The notes: generated by a model not told the origin, from the letters alone. A stretch of DNA of 64,000 nucleotides from an uncultured Eubacteriales bacterium (GCA_964641455.1 CAZXLH010000002.1:50774-114773), one strand, 5' to 3'. Shown: positions 1 through 9,746, numbered from the stretch's first letter. Numbers and translations are program-made.

Positions 1-679
1 CGATCCAACCGCCAGAGAAAAATTGGTAAACGGAAACTTAAGATTGGTTCTTAGTGTAATTCAGCGGTTTTCCAACCGGGGTGAATACGTTGACGATCTT
101 TTCCAGGTAGGATGCATTGGCCTCATTAAAGCCATTGACAATTTCGATCTTAGCCAAAATGTAAAATTTTCCACTTATGCCGTTCCTATGATAATCGGTG
201 AGATAAAGCGGTATCTTAGGGACAACAACCCTATCCGTGTGTCGAGATCGCTTAGGGATACTGCTTACCGTGCACTTCAAACACGTGATTCCCTGATCGC
301 AAGATTTGGCAGAGAGCCTTCTATGAGTGAAATCTCACAACACCTAGAGACTCCGGAGGACGAAATTGTGTATGCACTTGATGCCATACAAGAGCCGATT
401 AGCCTGTTTGAACCCGTCTACCATGACGGGGGTGATCCAATATACGTCATGGACCAGGTAAAGGACGAAAAGGGAGAAGACTCAGCATGGCTTCAGGAAA
501 TATCTATCAATGAGTCTATTCAGAAATTATCCCAGCGAGAACAGGCAATAATAAGAATGAGATTTTTTGAGGGAAAAACACAAATGGAGGTTGCTCAGGA
601 AATAGGAATTTCTCAGGCTCAAGTTTCAAGGCTTGAAAAAGCGGCGCTGATACAAATGAGACAGGATATGACTCAGTAA
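1..679 (+). CDS. sigG: Sporulation sigma factor sigma-G. The gene is cut at its 5-prime end by the window start; the reading frame runs from position 2.
   Basis: The translation (DPTAREKLVNGNLRLVLSVIQRF...GEYVDDLFQVGCIGL...GISQAQVSRLEKAA) matches B. subtilis SigG regions 2-4 nearly residue for residue. Confidence 0.85.
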   Translation, partial: DPTAREKLVNGNLRLVLSVIQRFSNRGEYVDDLFQVGCIGLIKAIDNFDLSQNVKFSTYAVPMIIGEIKRYLRDNNPIRVSRSLRDTAYRALQTRDSLIARFGREPSMSEISQHLETPEDEIVYALDAIQEPISLFEPVYHDGGDPIYVMDQVKDEKGEDSAWLQEISINESIQKLSQREQAIIRMRFFEGKTQMEVAQEIGISQAQVSRLEKAALIQMRQDMTQ

Positions 680-697
680 GATAGGAGGTGTGCAATT

Positions 698-1429
698 ATG
701 GGAGGTAAGATTAGAAAGGGGTTTGCTGAGGCAGTATTACTTGCAGTAGTTGCCGGTGTGATTCTAGGTGCAGGGTGGGTTATGGCAAGGGCTTACGATA
801 CCCAAAAAGCCTATACTCCCACGAACTTGATTAGGCTGCACATAATAGGAAATTCTGATTCTTTGGAAGATCAGGAAGTAAAACTTAGAGTCAGGGATTC
901 AATAATCAATACTTTCGGCAAGAATCTGTTGTACGTAACAGATGCAAAACAGGCCGAAAGGATCATTACAGAGCTTTTGCCCGAAATTGAAAATGCCGCC
1001 CGAAAGTGCCTTGCTAAATCAGGAATTGAATACAATGCTCAAGCCAAATTGGAAACTGTGTTTTTCCCTGATAAATACTATGAAACTTCCTCGGGCCAAA
1101 CCGTTTTTCTTCCTGAAGGCGCATACAAATCACTACAGGTGGTTCTTGGAGCAGGTAAGGGGCAAAACTGGTGGTGTGTCATGTATCCCCCTATGTGCTA
1201 CATTGATATTGTAAGAGGGACTGAATTTGACCAGGTGGAGATTTACAAAACCCTTACCGAAACTGCGGTTGGCGCTGATCACTATGTTTTTGTGGATGAA
1301 GATTCCTTAAGGGAAATTCCGGTCGAATTTCGATTCTTGCTGTTAGACGTGCTTCAGAAGAGCAAGGATATTATCTCTTCCTTTTTTGCCTCAAAGCAAT
1401 TCACTTCTGAGAATAGGCCGGGAAAGTAG
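698..1429 (+). CDS. spoIIR: Stage II sporulation protein R (SpoIIR)-like.
   Basis: An RBS TAGGAGGTG precedes the ATG. There is an N-terminal TM segment, and the protein carries the SpoIIR-like motifs IRLHIIGNSDS and NWWCVMYPPMC. Confidence 0.7.
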   Translation: MGGKIRKGFAEAVLLAVVAGVILGAGWVMARAYDTQKAYTPTNLIRLHIIGNSDSLEDQEVKLRVRDSIINTFGKNLLYVTDAKQAERIITELLPEIENAARKCLAKSGIEYNAQAKLETVFFPDKYYETSSGQTVFLPEGAYKSLQVVLGAGKGQNWWCVMYPPMCYIDIVRGTEFDQVEIYKTLTETAVGADHYVFVDEDSLREIPVEFRFLLLDVLQKSKDIISSFFASKQFTSENRPGK

Positions 1430-1483
1430 AGTATTTATACTACTAATGATCCATTACACCATATACTGTTAAGGGGTGTTTAT

Positions 1484-1744
1484 GTGATCCGGGCCTCTGA
1501 TCTTTCTATGCGAGAAGTAATAAATACAGCCGATGGGCGGCGTTTAGGCAATATTGTAGATATTGAACTGGATCTTACTACCGGGAAAATAGTTGCAGTG
1601 ATAGTGCCCGGGCAACCCAAGGCTTTCGGACTTTTTGGCCATGGCGATGATTATATTATTCCATGGGATAGCATTAAGAAAATTGGTGAAGATGTTATCC
1701 TTGTAGAACTCTCCGACCGTTATCTCCGGCGGTCAACTCCCTGA
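1484..1744 (+). CDS. YlmC/YmxH-family PRC-barrel sporulation protein.
   Basis: The 86-aa translation (MIRASDLSMREVINTADGRRLG...IIPWDSI) is typical of the YlmC/YmxH family. The start is a GTG with an AAGGGG RBS 7 nt upstream. Confidence 0.7.
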   Translation: MIRASDLSMREVINTADGRRLGNIVDIELDLTTGKIVAVIVPGQPKAFGLFGHGDDYIIPWDSIKKIGEDVILVELSDRYLRRSTP

Positions 1745-1803
1745 GTTTCGCCTGCTTATCATGCTTGACTTGAGCCTTTATGTACAATACGCTTTAAAGT
1801 AAT

Positions 1804-3069
1804 ATGGCAAAGCGAAGGAGAACCAAAAAAAAGAAAATAAATAAGCAGATTCAAAATGCCGGCATTGCGGTTTTTGTATTGCTGCTTGCCCTTGTTTTGC
1901 TTTGGCCGTATTTGAGATCTGCGTTTTTGACGGCATTTGTACCCATAGGCCGAGGAACCCCTGGGATGCTTGACGAATGTATTTCCGGACAAGCTATTTA
2001 TGCCAATGGCCAGACAGTACTTGTTGCTCCGGCATCCGGTTCAATTAGGTTTAATGTCAAAAACGGTGATTCAGTTAGAGTAGGTGACGTGGTAGCGGAA
2101 ATTGGAGACAAAGATGCTTTGAGTTCTCTAAGCGAGAATCTCGTTTTGGCTCAAGAAGCCCTTCGGGCATATGATGATCAAACGTCAAACAAGTTTGCTA
2201 ATCTTACGGAAAGTATACAAGAGCGTTATGAAAATGCAGTATCAGCGTTGTACGGTATGCAAATAGCATATGCCTCAGGCAACACATCTAATCTGATTGC
2301 AACAGAAGATGAATTTTGTGAAGAATTAGAGGCGCTTTCCAGTAACCGGGCCCAATTAATGGGCCTTGAAGACCGGCGCGCTCAATTGGCTCATCAAATA
2401 GAAGTAATAAAGCAAGTTGCTTCTTCATCTTCTGTAAAAGTTCTGGCTCCTGTCTCCGGCGTTTTCTATTCTGAAATAGTTTCCCTGGATTCGAAACTGT
2501 CTATGGCCAGTTTGGCAGAAAAAGACGGGTCGGAATTATCTGTGCTTGCTCAAGAATTGGAGGATGCAGTAGAGTATCATGTTGAAGATGGGCAGAACGT
2601 GAGTCACGGAGACATGATTGGCAGGATTGTATCCGGTGAAAACGTCAAGTTTTTTATGACTGTCAAGACAGAATATCGCCCTGACATCAAAGTGGGAAGC
2701 AAGGCATCGGTAGAATCAGAGGGGCCTGCCTCACTTAGCACTACTATAAAAGAAGTAACAGACGGCAAACCTCCCGGCTATTCGATAATATCCGGAGAGA
2801 TTGAATATATCCCTCCTGATAAGTTTGTGAGAACTTCACATATTTCTCTGATTACCCGTAGAGAGCAAGGAATCATTGTGCCCTTAAAGAGCCTTGTCGA
2901 AAAGGATGGGGAAACAGGCGTTTTGGTGGTTCATAAGACCTATGCTGTTTTTCAGCCTGTTGACATAAAAATGATTAAAGGCGAACAAGCAGCGGTAGAG
3001 GGCGTCAGTGAAACAAGTGAAATAGTACTTAACGGAATCAAGTTTTTTGAAGGAAGGAGAGTTAGGTGA
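1804..3069 (+). CDS. HlyD-family membrane-fusion (periplasmic adaptor)-like protein.
   Basis: A Lys-rich N-terminus is followed by one TM segment, a biotinyl/lipoyl-like barrel (GSIRFNVKNGDSVRVGDVVAEIGDKD) and long coiled-coil stretches. There is no obvious RBS, so the start is uncertain. Confidence 0.5.
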   Translation: MAKRRRTKKKKINKQIQNAGIAVFVLLLALVLLWPYLRSAFLTAFVPIGRGTPGMLDECISGQAIYANGQTVLVAPASGSIRFNVKNGDSVRVGDVVAEIGDKDALSSLSENLVLAQEALRAYDDQTSNKFANLTESIQERYENAVSALYGMQIAYASGNTSNLIATEDEFCEELEALSSNRAQLMGLEDRRAQLAHQIEVIKQVASSSSVKVLAPVSGVFYSEIVSLDSKLSMASLAEKDGSELSVLAQELEDAVEYHVEDGQNVSHGDMIGRIVSGENVKFFMTVKTEYRPDIKVGSKASVESEGPASLSTTIKEVTDGKPPGYSIISGEIEYIPPDKFVRTSHISLITRREQGIIVPLKSLVEKDGETGVLVVHKTYAVFQPVDIKMIKGEQAAVEGVSETSEIVLNGIKFFEGRRVR

Positions 3070-3761
3070 TTAAGGCCAATCTGGAACGGGTTGCAGAAAA
3101 CATCAAAAGAGCATGTGAAAAATCAGGGCGCGATCCTGGATCAGTGCAGATCTTGGCTGTTTCGAAAAGGTTTTCCAATGAAACCATCAGTCAAGCCAGA
3201 TCTTTGGGTATTTCTTACTTTGGTGAAAATCGTGTTCAAGAGGCGAGGAGGAAGAAGCCTACAGGTATCTTTCAGGGAACTAAACTGGCTCTTATTGGTC
3301 ATCTTCAAACCAACAAAGCGTCAATGGCTGTGAGAATTTTCGATGAAGTTCAATCAGTAGATTCGTTAAAAGTGGCTCAATCCCTGTCTAAGTTCGCTGT
3401 CAAATACCGTGACGAGGCGCTGCCTGTTTATTTGCAGGTGAACATAGCAAAAGATAAGAATAAATACGGATGCTTACCTGAAGAAGCGCTGCCTCTTGCC
3501 GGCCACATTCTGGATTCAGACGGTATCAAACTGATAGGGCTTATGACAGTCGCTCCTATAGCCCATAACCCAAATGCTTCAAGGGAGCACTTTCGCAATC
3601 TGAAGATGCTTCGCGAACAACTGGTACACAGCGGCATCCCCGAAGACAATCTACGGGAACTTTCCATGGGGATGTCATCGGATTATCAAGTGGCTGTTGA
3701 GGAAGGAGCGACGGTAATCAGGCTGGGCACAGCACTATTTGGCCCTCGGAGCTATAAATAG
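3066..3761 (+). CDS. yggS: YggS/YlmE-family PLP-dependent homeostasis protein.
   Basis: The N-terminus (MIKANLERVAENIKRACEKSGRDPGSVQILAVSKRF) is typical of the YggS family. The GTG start overlaps the upstream stop codon. Confidence 0.8.
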   Translation: MIKANLERVAENIKRACEKSGRDPGSVQILAVSKRFSNETISQARSLGISYFGENRVQEARRKKPTGIFQGTKLALIGHLQTNKASMAVRIFDEVQSVDSLKVAQSLSKFAVKYRDEALPVYLQVNIAKDKNKYGCLPEEALPLAGHILDSDGIKLIGLMTVAPIAHNPNASREHFRNLKMLREQLVHSGIPEDNLRELSMGMSSDYQVAVEEGATVIRLGTALFGPRSYK

Positions 3762-3825
3762 CAGGATCTTGGCTCGCCTCTGTGGAAATTCTATCCTTGA
3801 TATCATATTTATTGGAGGGGTATCT

Positions 3826-4362
3826 ATGGGACAGGAAGAGACCAATCTAACTCCGTTGAGGGTTCCCAGGTTGACGCCTCTGGATATCCATAACAAAGAG
3901 TTTACAAAGTCTTTTCGTGGTTATAATGAAGATGAAGTAGATGAGTTCTTAGATCTCATAGTTGCTGAGTTTGAGGCATTCATACGGGAAAATGAAGAAC
4001 TTCATGCAAGCATGTCAGGCCTTGAAGCCAGGATTGGGCATTACAAAGGGCTTGAAGAGACTTTGAAAAATGCTATTGTGCTTGCTCAGAAAGCAGCGGA
4101 TCAAATCAAAGAGTCTGCTGCAAGAGAGGCAAAGGCCATAATAGAGGATGCTCATCGCCAGGCAGACAGAACAAGAAGTGAAGCAGAAGAGCTTCGCAGA
4201 AAAACCTATGAGGATCTTGAGACAGAGCGTCAAAAAGCAGTCAGGTTTAAAACAGAATTTCGTACATTGCTTCAATCCACATTGGAGATGCTTGACGACA
4301 ATGTGGATAAAGTAACACGAATCTTAGGTGAAGAAAAAGAAACCGAACACAGCATTGATTAG
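3826..4362 (+). CDS. divIVA: DivIVA cell-division protein.
   Basis: The N-terminal domain (LTPLDIHNKEFTKSFRGYNEDEVDEFLD) is the DivIVA domain, followed by coiled coil. The internal ATG at 3826 has a GGAGGGG RBS, whereas the ORF-track start at 3739 has none. Confidence 0.75.
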   Translation: MGQEETNLTPLRVPRLTPLDIHNKEFTKSFRGYNEDEVDEFLDLIVAEFEAFIRENEELHASMSGLEARIGHYKGLEETLKNAIVLAQKAADQIKESAAREAKAIIEDAHRQADRTRSEAEELRRKTYEDLETERQKAVRFKTEFRTLLQSTLEMLDDNVDKVTRILGEEKETEHSID

Positions 4363-4379
4363 CGATTGGAGATTGACAC

Positions 4380-5060
4380 ATGAAAGTGATAGGGATTGCC
4401 GGAGGGATGGGTCCTCAAGCAACATGTGATTTGTACATGAAAATAATTCAACATACCCCGGCGGAAAAGGATCAGGACCACTTGCGGGTAATAATTGATT
4501 CTAATCCAAAAATACCTGATAGAACGGCTTATATCCTCGGCAAAGGTGAAGACCCCAGGCCGTATCTTATTGAAACCGCCTGTAATGTCGAAAAGGCCGG
4601 GGCATCATTTATAGTTATTCCTTGTAATACAGCGCATTACTTTCACAAAGATGTTCAAGCTAAGGTTGGTATTCCTGTACTTCATATGATGAATGAAGTG
4701 GCCTTGCACCTAAAGGGAAAAATAAAAAAGGCAGGGATTTTGGCTACAAGCGGTACTTTGAAAATCGGGCTTTATTCAGAAGCGCTTTCGGCTGAAGGTA
4801 TAGATACGATTGTACCCGGCGAAAAAAGCCAAGGCCAAGTGATGGAGTCTATATACTTGGTTAAATCCGGCAAGGTTGAACGTGCAAGAGAACTTATAAT
4901 TGAGCAAGGCAAAGCGCTTTCAGCTCGTGGCGCTGACGTAGTTATCGCAGGGTGCACTGAGATACCGCTCATATTGAAACAAGGCGACTTGGACATTGAC
5001 GTAATAGATGCAACTGATGTGTTGGCCAGAGCATGTGTGAAATTTGCCCTTGAGAAGTAA
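4380..5060 (+). CDS. Aspartate/glutamate-family amino-acid racemase, aspartate-racemase-like.
   Basis: The N-terminus (MKVIGIAGGMGPQAT) and the motifs PCNTAH and GCTE are characteristic of the Asp/Glu racemase family. Confidence 0.7.
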   Translation: MKVIGIAGGMGPQATCDLYMKIIQHTPAEKDQDHLRVIIDSNPKIPDRTAYILGKGEDPRPYLIETACNVEKAGASFIVIPCNTAHYFHKDVQAKVGIPVLHMMNEVALHLKGKIKKAGILATSGTLKIGLYSEALSAEGIDTIVPGEKSQGQVMESIYLVKSGKVERARELIIEQGKALSARGADVVIAGCTEIPLILKQGDLDIDVIDATDVLARACVKFALEK

Positions 5061-5080
5061 TAAACGTGGAGGTGTGGTAG

Positions 5081-6685
5081 TTGAAAGCCAGAGTATTTAC
5101 CAACGGCAACTTCTGGGTTTCAGGCAGAGATTTAAGGCGAAGAGACAGTTTGGCTGCCCTAAACGGTAGAATTGTTTGTGTAGGAGATTACAATCAATGT
5201 CTTGATGCTCTTCCTATTGGTATCAAGCCTGAAGTAACAGATCTTAACGGAAAGACAGTTTTGCCTGGGTTTATCGACAGCCACCTCCACCTTTTGAGTT
5301 TTGGCCTAACATTGCGCGATGTATCTTTAGTTGATATTGGCTCTATTACTGAACTGAAATCAAAGGTTAAGGCAAGGGCAGATCAAGTTTCTGAAAATAG
5401 CTGGGTCATCGGCCGGGGCTGGGATCAGGATTTATTTTTCGAAAAACGATATCCTACACGAAAAGATCTTGATGAGGCTTCAGGTGGCAGGCCTGTGTAT
5501 TTGACAAGAGTGTGTGGACATATCGCAGTTGTTTCATCAAAAGCTCTTGAGATTGCAGGTGTTAACCGGGATACTCCGGACCCGCCGGGGGGCAAAATTG
5601 ATCGGGATTCCTATGGAGATCCCACCGGTATTCTTCGTGAAACTGCTCAGGGTTTAGTACGGCCTTACATTCCCGAAACAGATTATGAAACTATGGAAGA
5701 CGCCCTCAAAAATGCCATGGAATATGTGCTTTCCAGAGGTATTACTTCGGTTCATATAAATGACGGGCAGTTAGGATTTCCGGGAACCATGGAACTTTAT
5801 AAGAAGGTTCAGCAGCAAGGTTATTCCTTAAGGGTTTATTGGGACATTCCGGGTGATCTAATGACAGACCTGTTTGAGACCCCTCTGCGATCAGGAGACG
5901 GCGATGATTACTTCAGGATTGGAGCCGTGAAACTTTTTGCCGATGGCTCTCTTGGCGGAAGAACAGCTGCCTTGGAAGCACCATACTCAGACGATCCTAA
6001 CAATCGCGGTATGTTAGTTTTGTCTCAAGATGATCTCAAACAACAGGTTTATCTGGCCCACGCCAATGGTATGCAGGTAGCCATACACGCAATAGGCGAC
6101 AGAGCTGCCAAAGTAAGCCTCGAAGCAATAAACTCGGCTCAATCCAGGCTTCCCATTAGTGGGATAAGGCACAGGTTGGTTCATGTTCAAATATTGTCGC
6201 CCCTGCTTATCACTGAAATGAGACGGGTAAGAGTGGTTGCAGATGTTCAACCCAAGTTCATATCCAGTGACATGAGATGGGCGTTAGATAGAGTAGGAAC
6301 GGCCAGAATGCGATCTTCGTATTCCTGGCGTACAATGCTAAGGGCAGGCGTACCCCTTGCCGGAGGGTCTGATTGCCCGGTTGAACCCCCGGATCCATTG
6401 TATGGCATCTACTGTGCCGTAACACGCAAAGATATGGAAGGGAATCCACCTATGGGATTTTTCCCAAATGAGAAACTTACACTTGATGAAGCTGTGAATC
6501 TGTTTACAGCCGGCGGTGCTTATGGATCATACGAGGAGAATAAGAAAGGAAGCCTTACTCCTGGGAAACTGTGTGATTTGGTAGTTTTGTCAGAAGACAT
6601 TGCTTTCGTGAGCCCTGAAGACATTAAGGATTTAGAAGTGGTCCTTACCGTGGTCGGCGGAGAAATCGCTTACAGAAAGCCCTAA
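5081..6685 (+). CDS. Amidohydrolase-3 family metal-dependent hydrolase, YtcJ-like.
   Basis: The translation contains the motif VLPGFIDSHLHLLSFG, is 534 aa long, and ends GGEIAYRKP. The TTG start has a GGAGGTG RBS. Confidence 0.7.
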   Translation: MKARVFTNGNFWVSGRDLRRRDSLAALNGRIVCVGDYNQCLDALPIGIKPEVTDLNGKTVLPGFIDSHLHLLSFGLTLRDVSLVDIGSITELKSKVKARADQVSENSWVIGRGWDQDLFFEKRYPTRKDLDEASGGRPVYLTRVCGHIAVVSSKALEIAGVNRDTPDPPGGKIDRDSYGDPTGILRETAQGLVRPYIPETDYETMEDALKNAMEYVLSRGITSVHINDGQLGFPGTMELYKKVQQQGYSLRVYWDIPGDLMTDLFETPLRSGDGDDYFRIGAVKLFADGSLGGRTAALEAPYSDDPNNRGMLVLSQDDLKQQVYLAHANGMQVAIHAIGDRAAKVSLEAINSAQSRLPISGIRHRLVHVQILSPLLITEMRRVRVVADVQPKFISSDMRWALDRVGTARMRSSYSWRTMLRAGVPLAGGSDCPVEPPDPLYGIYCAVTRKDMEGNPPMGFFPNEKLTLDEAVNLFTAGGAYGSYEENKKGSLTPGKLCDLVVLSEDIAFVSPEDIKDLEVVLTVVGGEIAYRKP

Positions 6686-7448
6686 TGCCCAGGCCCATCC
6701 CGTAGTAGATTGCGCTAATTATCAAAGAACAAAATCCGGTTCTTTTGACTGCAGAATAGAAAAATTCTTCAGGAAATATCTTTATGAGCCAATCTAGATT
6801 AGGGTCAAGCAGCCATAACTCGTTTGGGAATATTACAATATGAAAGTTAGTCCACCAGTCCGTGAAGTTCAAAGCAGGAGGTATGGTTAGCAGTAATATT
6901 AGTGCTATAAGTACAATTGCAGAGATTTTAAGTGATTTGCCCACTAGTAATTTGGCCCTGGGTACAAGCGCGGCAAACACAACTCCCAATACAATGAGGC
7001 CCAGGCAAATGCGTTTTGCCAGGAAACCTAATTGAAACAAGGCACGGACATCCTTTAAGTGTTCAATTTCATTCTGCCTGTATAGCGGCCTGAGAGTGTC
7101 GTTAATAGTCACATCCAGTTGAGGTGTGGAGTTTTTGCCTGTCAAATAACCCTGAAGCCTCATGCCAACCATTTTCAGTTCTTCCATAGGTATTCGAGCT
7201 GACTCAGGAATATCAAGTTCCTCCCATTTTGCAGTGTAGAAATCAAGGTCTAAAGCTGTAATTTGGACAGACAGTAGTATGTTGAAGCCTACAAGCCCAA
7301 CTACGAGCATAGATACAACTGCAGCTCGGGCCCAAGGCCTGGACTTATGCCTGCTTGTATTTTTACCTTTGGGCATTTTCAAATCAGCCACCCCAATGTC
7401 TTCATGTCCGACGGACACCCGATAGGTTAGTTTTACATAGTATGCCAA
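6645..7448 (-). CDS. Uncharacterised polytopic membrane protein.
   Basis: The translation has a K/R-rich N-terminus and several hydrophobic helices. Its 3-prime end overlaps the convergent amidohydrolase gene by 41 bp. The start codon is uncertain. Confidence 0.5.
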   Translation of the reverse strand: MAYYVKLTYRVSVGHEDIGVADLKMPKGKNTSRHKSRPWARAAVVSMLVVGLVGFNILLSVQITALDLDFYTAKWEELDIPESARIPMEELKMVGMRLQGYLTGKNSTPQLDVTINDTLRPLYRQNEIEHLKDVRALFQLGFLAKRICLGLIVLGVVFAALVPRAKLLVGKSLKISAIVLIALILLLTIPPALNFTDWWTNFHIVIFPNELWLLDPNLDWLIKIFPEEFFYSAVKRTGFCSLIISAIYYGMGLGIRAFCKRFLRRPR

Positions 7449-7536
7449 GGAGGCATCAAAGCAAATTCCAAAAGGTTTTGCCCTATAGTTTATACCATAT
7501 TAGGGCACTTGACAGATATGAGGGGAGGGCACGTCC

Positions 7537-8655
7537 TTGAAAACCAAGGGCTATATAAAACGTATATTTCCGGGCAACAACACTCCAGACGGATTCTTTT
7601 CTTACTATGACTACATGATGCCAAACAATGCCAACAGGGTTTTTGTGATAAAGGGAGGCCCAGGAGTTGGCAAGTCTACATTCATGTCTGCAATAGCATG
7701 GGACATGGTAGACAAAGGATATGACGTGGAAATCCACCATTGTTCATCAGACAACGGCTCAATAGACGGGGTGGTATTTCCTGAAATCGGTGTAGGAATA
7801 CTGGATGGTACCTGGCCCCATGTAGTTGATCCTAAGGTTCCCGGCGCTGTTGATGAAATTATATGGCTCGGCGAATTTTGGGACGAAGAATCAGTACGCG
7901 CAAATAAGCAAGAGATTCTGAAGGCTCAAAAGGGTGCCGAGTCGGTTTTTAGGCGTGCTTACCGTTTCCTAAAAGCTGCCCAGATTATATATGAGGACTG
8001 GGAGTCAGTCTACATCGAAGCTATGGACTTTGGTAAAGCTAATATCATTGCCAAACAGATAATTGATGAAAACTTTGGGCATATTGAAGTAGCCCCGAAA
8101 CCCGGATTTCAGCGAAAACTCTTTGCAAGTGCTATAACACCTGACGGCATGGTGAACTACCTAAACAGTATAGTGGCCCCGTGCAAGAAACGCTATGCAA
8201 TATGTGGAAATCCAGGCACAGGCAAGTCTGTTTTGCTCCACAAGGTAGCGGTGGCTGCCCTTGAGCGGGGATTTTTTGTAGAGACATATTTCTGCCCGCT
8301 GCATCCGGAAAAAGTTGAGCATGTGGTTGTTCCTGGATTAGGCCTTGCGCTGACCAAATCAATCGAGCCACATACTTATGTTCCCGGCCAGAAAGACGTA
8401 ATCGTAGAAATGAACAGTTGCCTTGGTGACAGTGTAATAGAGAAGCACTACCCGTATATCGTCAGGGCTCAGGATGAATTCCAACGGCTATTTGACTCAG
8501 GTATTTACTATATTGGCCAGGCAAAGCAGTATCATGATGCGTTGGAAAGGTGCTACGCGCCCAATATGGATTTTGCCGGTATAGAACAGCTCCGGAATAG
8601 AATCATTGAGAGGATCCTGGGTTATGCCAGGCAGGTTGAACAGGCTGGGGTTTAG
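7537..8655 (+). CDS. Uncharacterised P-loop ATPase with two Walker-A motifs.
   Basis: The translation contains GGPGVGKST and GNPGTGKSV. A GAGGGGAGGG RBS sits upstream of the TTG start. Confidence 0.65.
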   Translation: MKTKGYIKRIFPGNNTPDGFFSYYDYMMPNNANRVFVIKGGPGVGKSTFMSAIAWDMVDKGYDVEIHHCSSDNGSIDGVVFPEIGVGILDGTWPHVVDPKVPGAVDEIIWLGEFWDEESVRANKQEILKAQKGAESVFRRAYRFLKAAQIIYEDWESVYIEAMDFGKANIIAKQIIDENFGHIEVAPKPGFQRKLFASAITPDGMVNYLNSIVAPCKKRYAICGNPGTGKSVLLHKVAVAALERGFFVETYFCPLHPEKVEHVVVPGLGLALTKSIEPHTYVPGQKDVIVEMNSCLGDSVIEKHYPYIVRAQDEFQRLFDSGIYYIGQAKQYHDALERCYAPNMDFAGIEQLRNRIIERILGYARQVEQAGV

Positions 8656-8744
8656 ATTACTGTTGGGCCATTGTGTTTTGTATCCAGGTTTCGCTCTGAG
8701 GATACACTAGCTACAGTTCACACAATCTGATTGAGGTATCAAAA

Positions 8745-9074
8745 GTGGAGTTTGAACACGGCCATCAGGATGAAATTAAGCCGGAACACAGGCTAAGAAA
8801 CCTTGAAGAAACAGTCAGGCGCATTTCAGATTCCCTGGAACGGTCCAAAATAGCCGAGTATGTAGACCTTTTGAACCATCCCAGGCGTCTTATATACCTT
8901 AACTTGATAGGAGGGCTTTCCAGAGGGGTAGGGCTCGCTATTGGCTTTACAGTGCTGGGTGCGTTGCTTATATATGTTCTCACCAGGAGTTTTATATTGA
9001 ATCTTCCGCTTGTAGGCAACTTTCTTGGAGAGTTGGTATGGATAATTCAGGAGTATCTGAGAGCAAAGCCCTAG
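8745..9074 (+). CDS. Small uncharacterised membrane protein.
   Basis: The 109-aa translation has two hydrophobic helices in its C-terminal half. The start is a GTG with a GAGGT RBS. Confidence 0.5.
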   Translation: MEFEHGHQDEIKPEHRLRNLEETVRRISDSLERSKIAEYVDLLNHPRRLIYLNLIGGLSRGVGLAIGFTVLGALLIYVLTRSFILNLPLVGNFLGELVWIIQEYLRAKP

Positions 9075-9121
9075 AATGTGATGGCCACAGGGCCGGGAAT
9101 GTTATCAAATGAGTCAAAACC

Positions 9122-9652
9122 ATGAACAGGGTGAGCAAAGTGAACAGAGGCAATAGAGATACAGATGAAATCAATCCCGATTTTGATCTTGATTTTGATG
9201 TCAGAGAGTTTGAAAACAAGTTGCATTCTGAATTGAGGCGCCTGAAAAGCGGGTTTGAAGGGCTCAAAGAGAAATCGTTTTCAATGAGCCAGCAGGAATC
9301 CCTTGGGATAGAGTCAGCTTACGATCAGCACCCTGCGGACATTGGCACTGAGACTTTTGAGAGGGGCAAAGATCTGGGCCTAAAGGACGGGCTTGAGATT
9401 GGGATGGCGAGAGTTAGGGGCGCTCTGGACCGAATCAGACAGGGGAAATACGGCTTCTGCCTTAGCTGTAAGGAACCTATTCCTATTGAAAGGCTCAGAG
9501 CCGCACCTGAAGTTGAACTGTGTGTTCCATGCCAGGAAGAACAAGAGGTTGTGCCACCAAGCAGAAGGCCTGTGGAAGAACAGGTTATCAAGCAGGATTT
9601 CCCCGGCGAAGGCCATGATGAAGAGCCTGGGGATGAGCCGCCTTTGGACTAA
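9122..9652 (+). CDS. TraR/DksA-family C4 zinc-finger protein, YlyA-like.
   Basis: The translation contains CLSCKEPIP...CVPCQ. It sits immediately upstream of lspA-rluD, where B. subtilis has ylyA. Confidence 0.7.
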   Translation: MNRVSKVNRGNRDTDEINPDFDLDFDVREFENKLHSELRRLKSGFEGLKEKSFSMSQQESLGIESAYDQHPADIGTETFERGKDLGLKDGLEIGMARVRGALDRIRQGKYGFCLSCKEPIPIERLRAAPEVELCVPCQEEQEVVPPSRRPVEEQVIKQDFPGEGHDEEPGDEPPLD

Positions 9653-9707
9653 CCGGCCTGTGGTTGTATGAGGAAGGCCGAAACACAAAGATACCGGAAA
9701 ACACTGG

Positions 9708-9746
9708 AAAACACCGGGGACACTTGCCCCCGGTGTTTTATCTTTT
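9708..9746 (+). terminator. Rho-independent terminator after the ylyA-like gene.
   Basis: A perfect 12-bp stem (AAAACACCGGGG / CCCCGGTGTTTT) with an 8-nt loop is followed by ATCTTTT. Confidence 0.7.
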
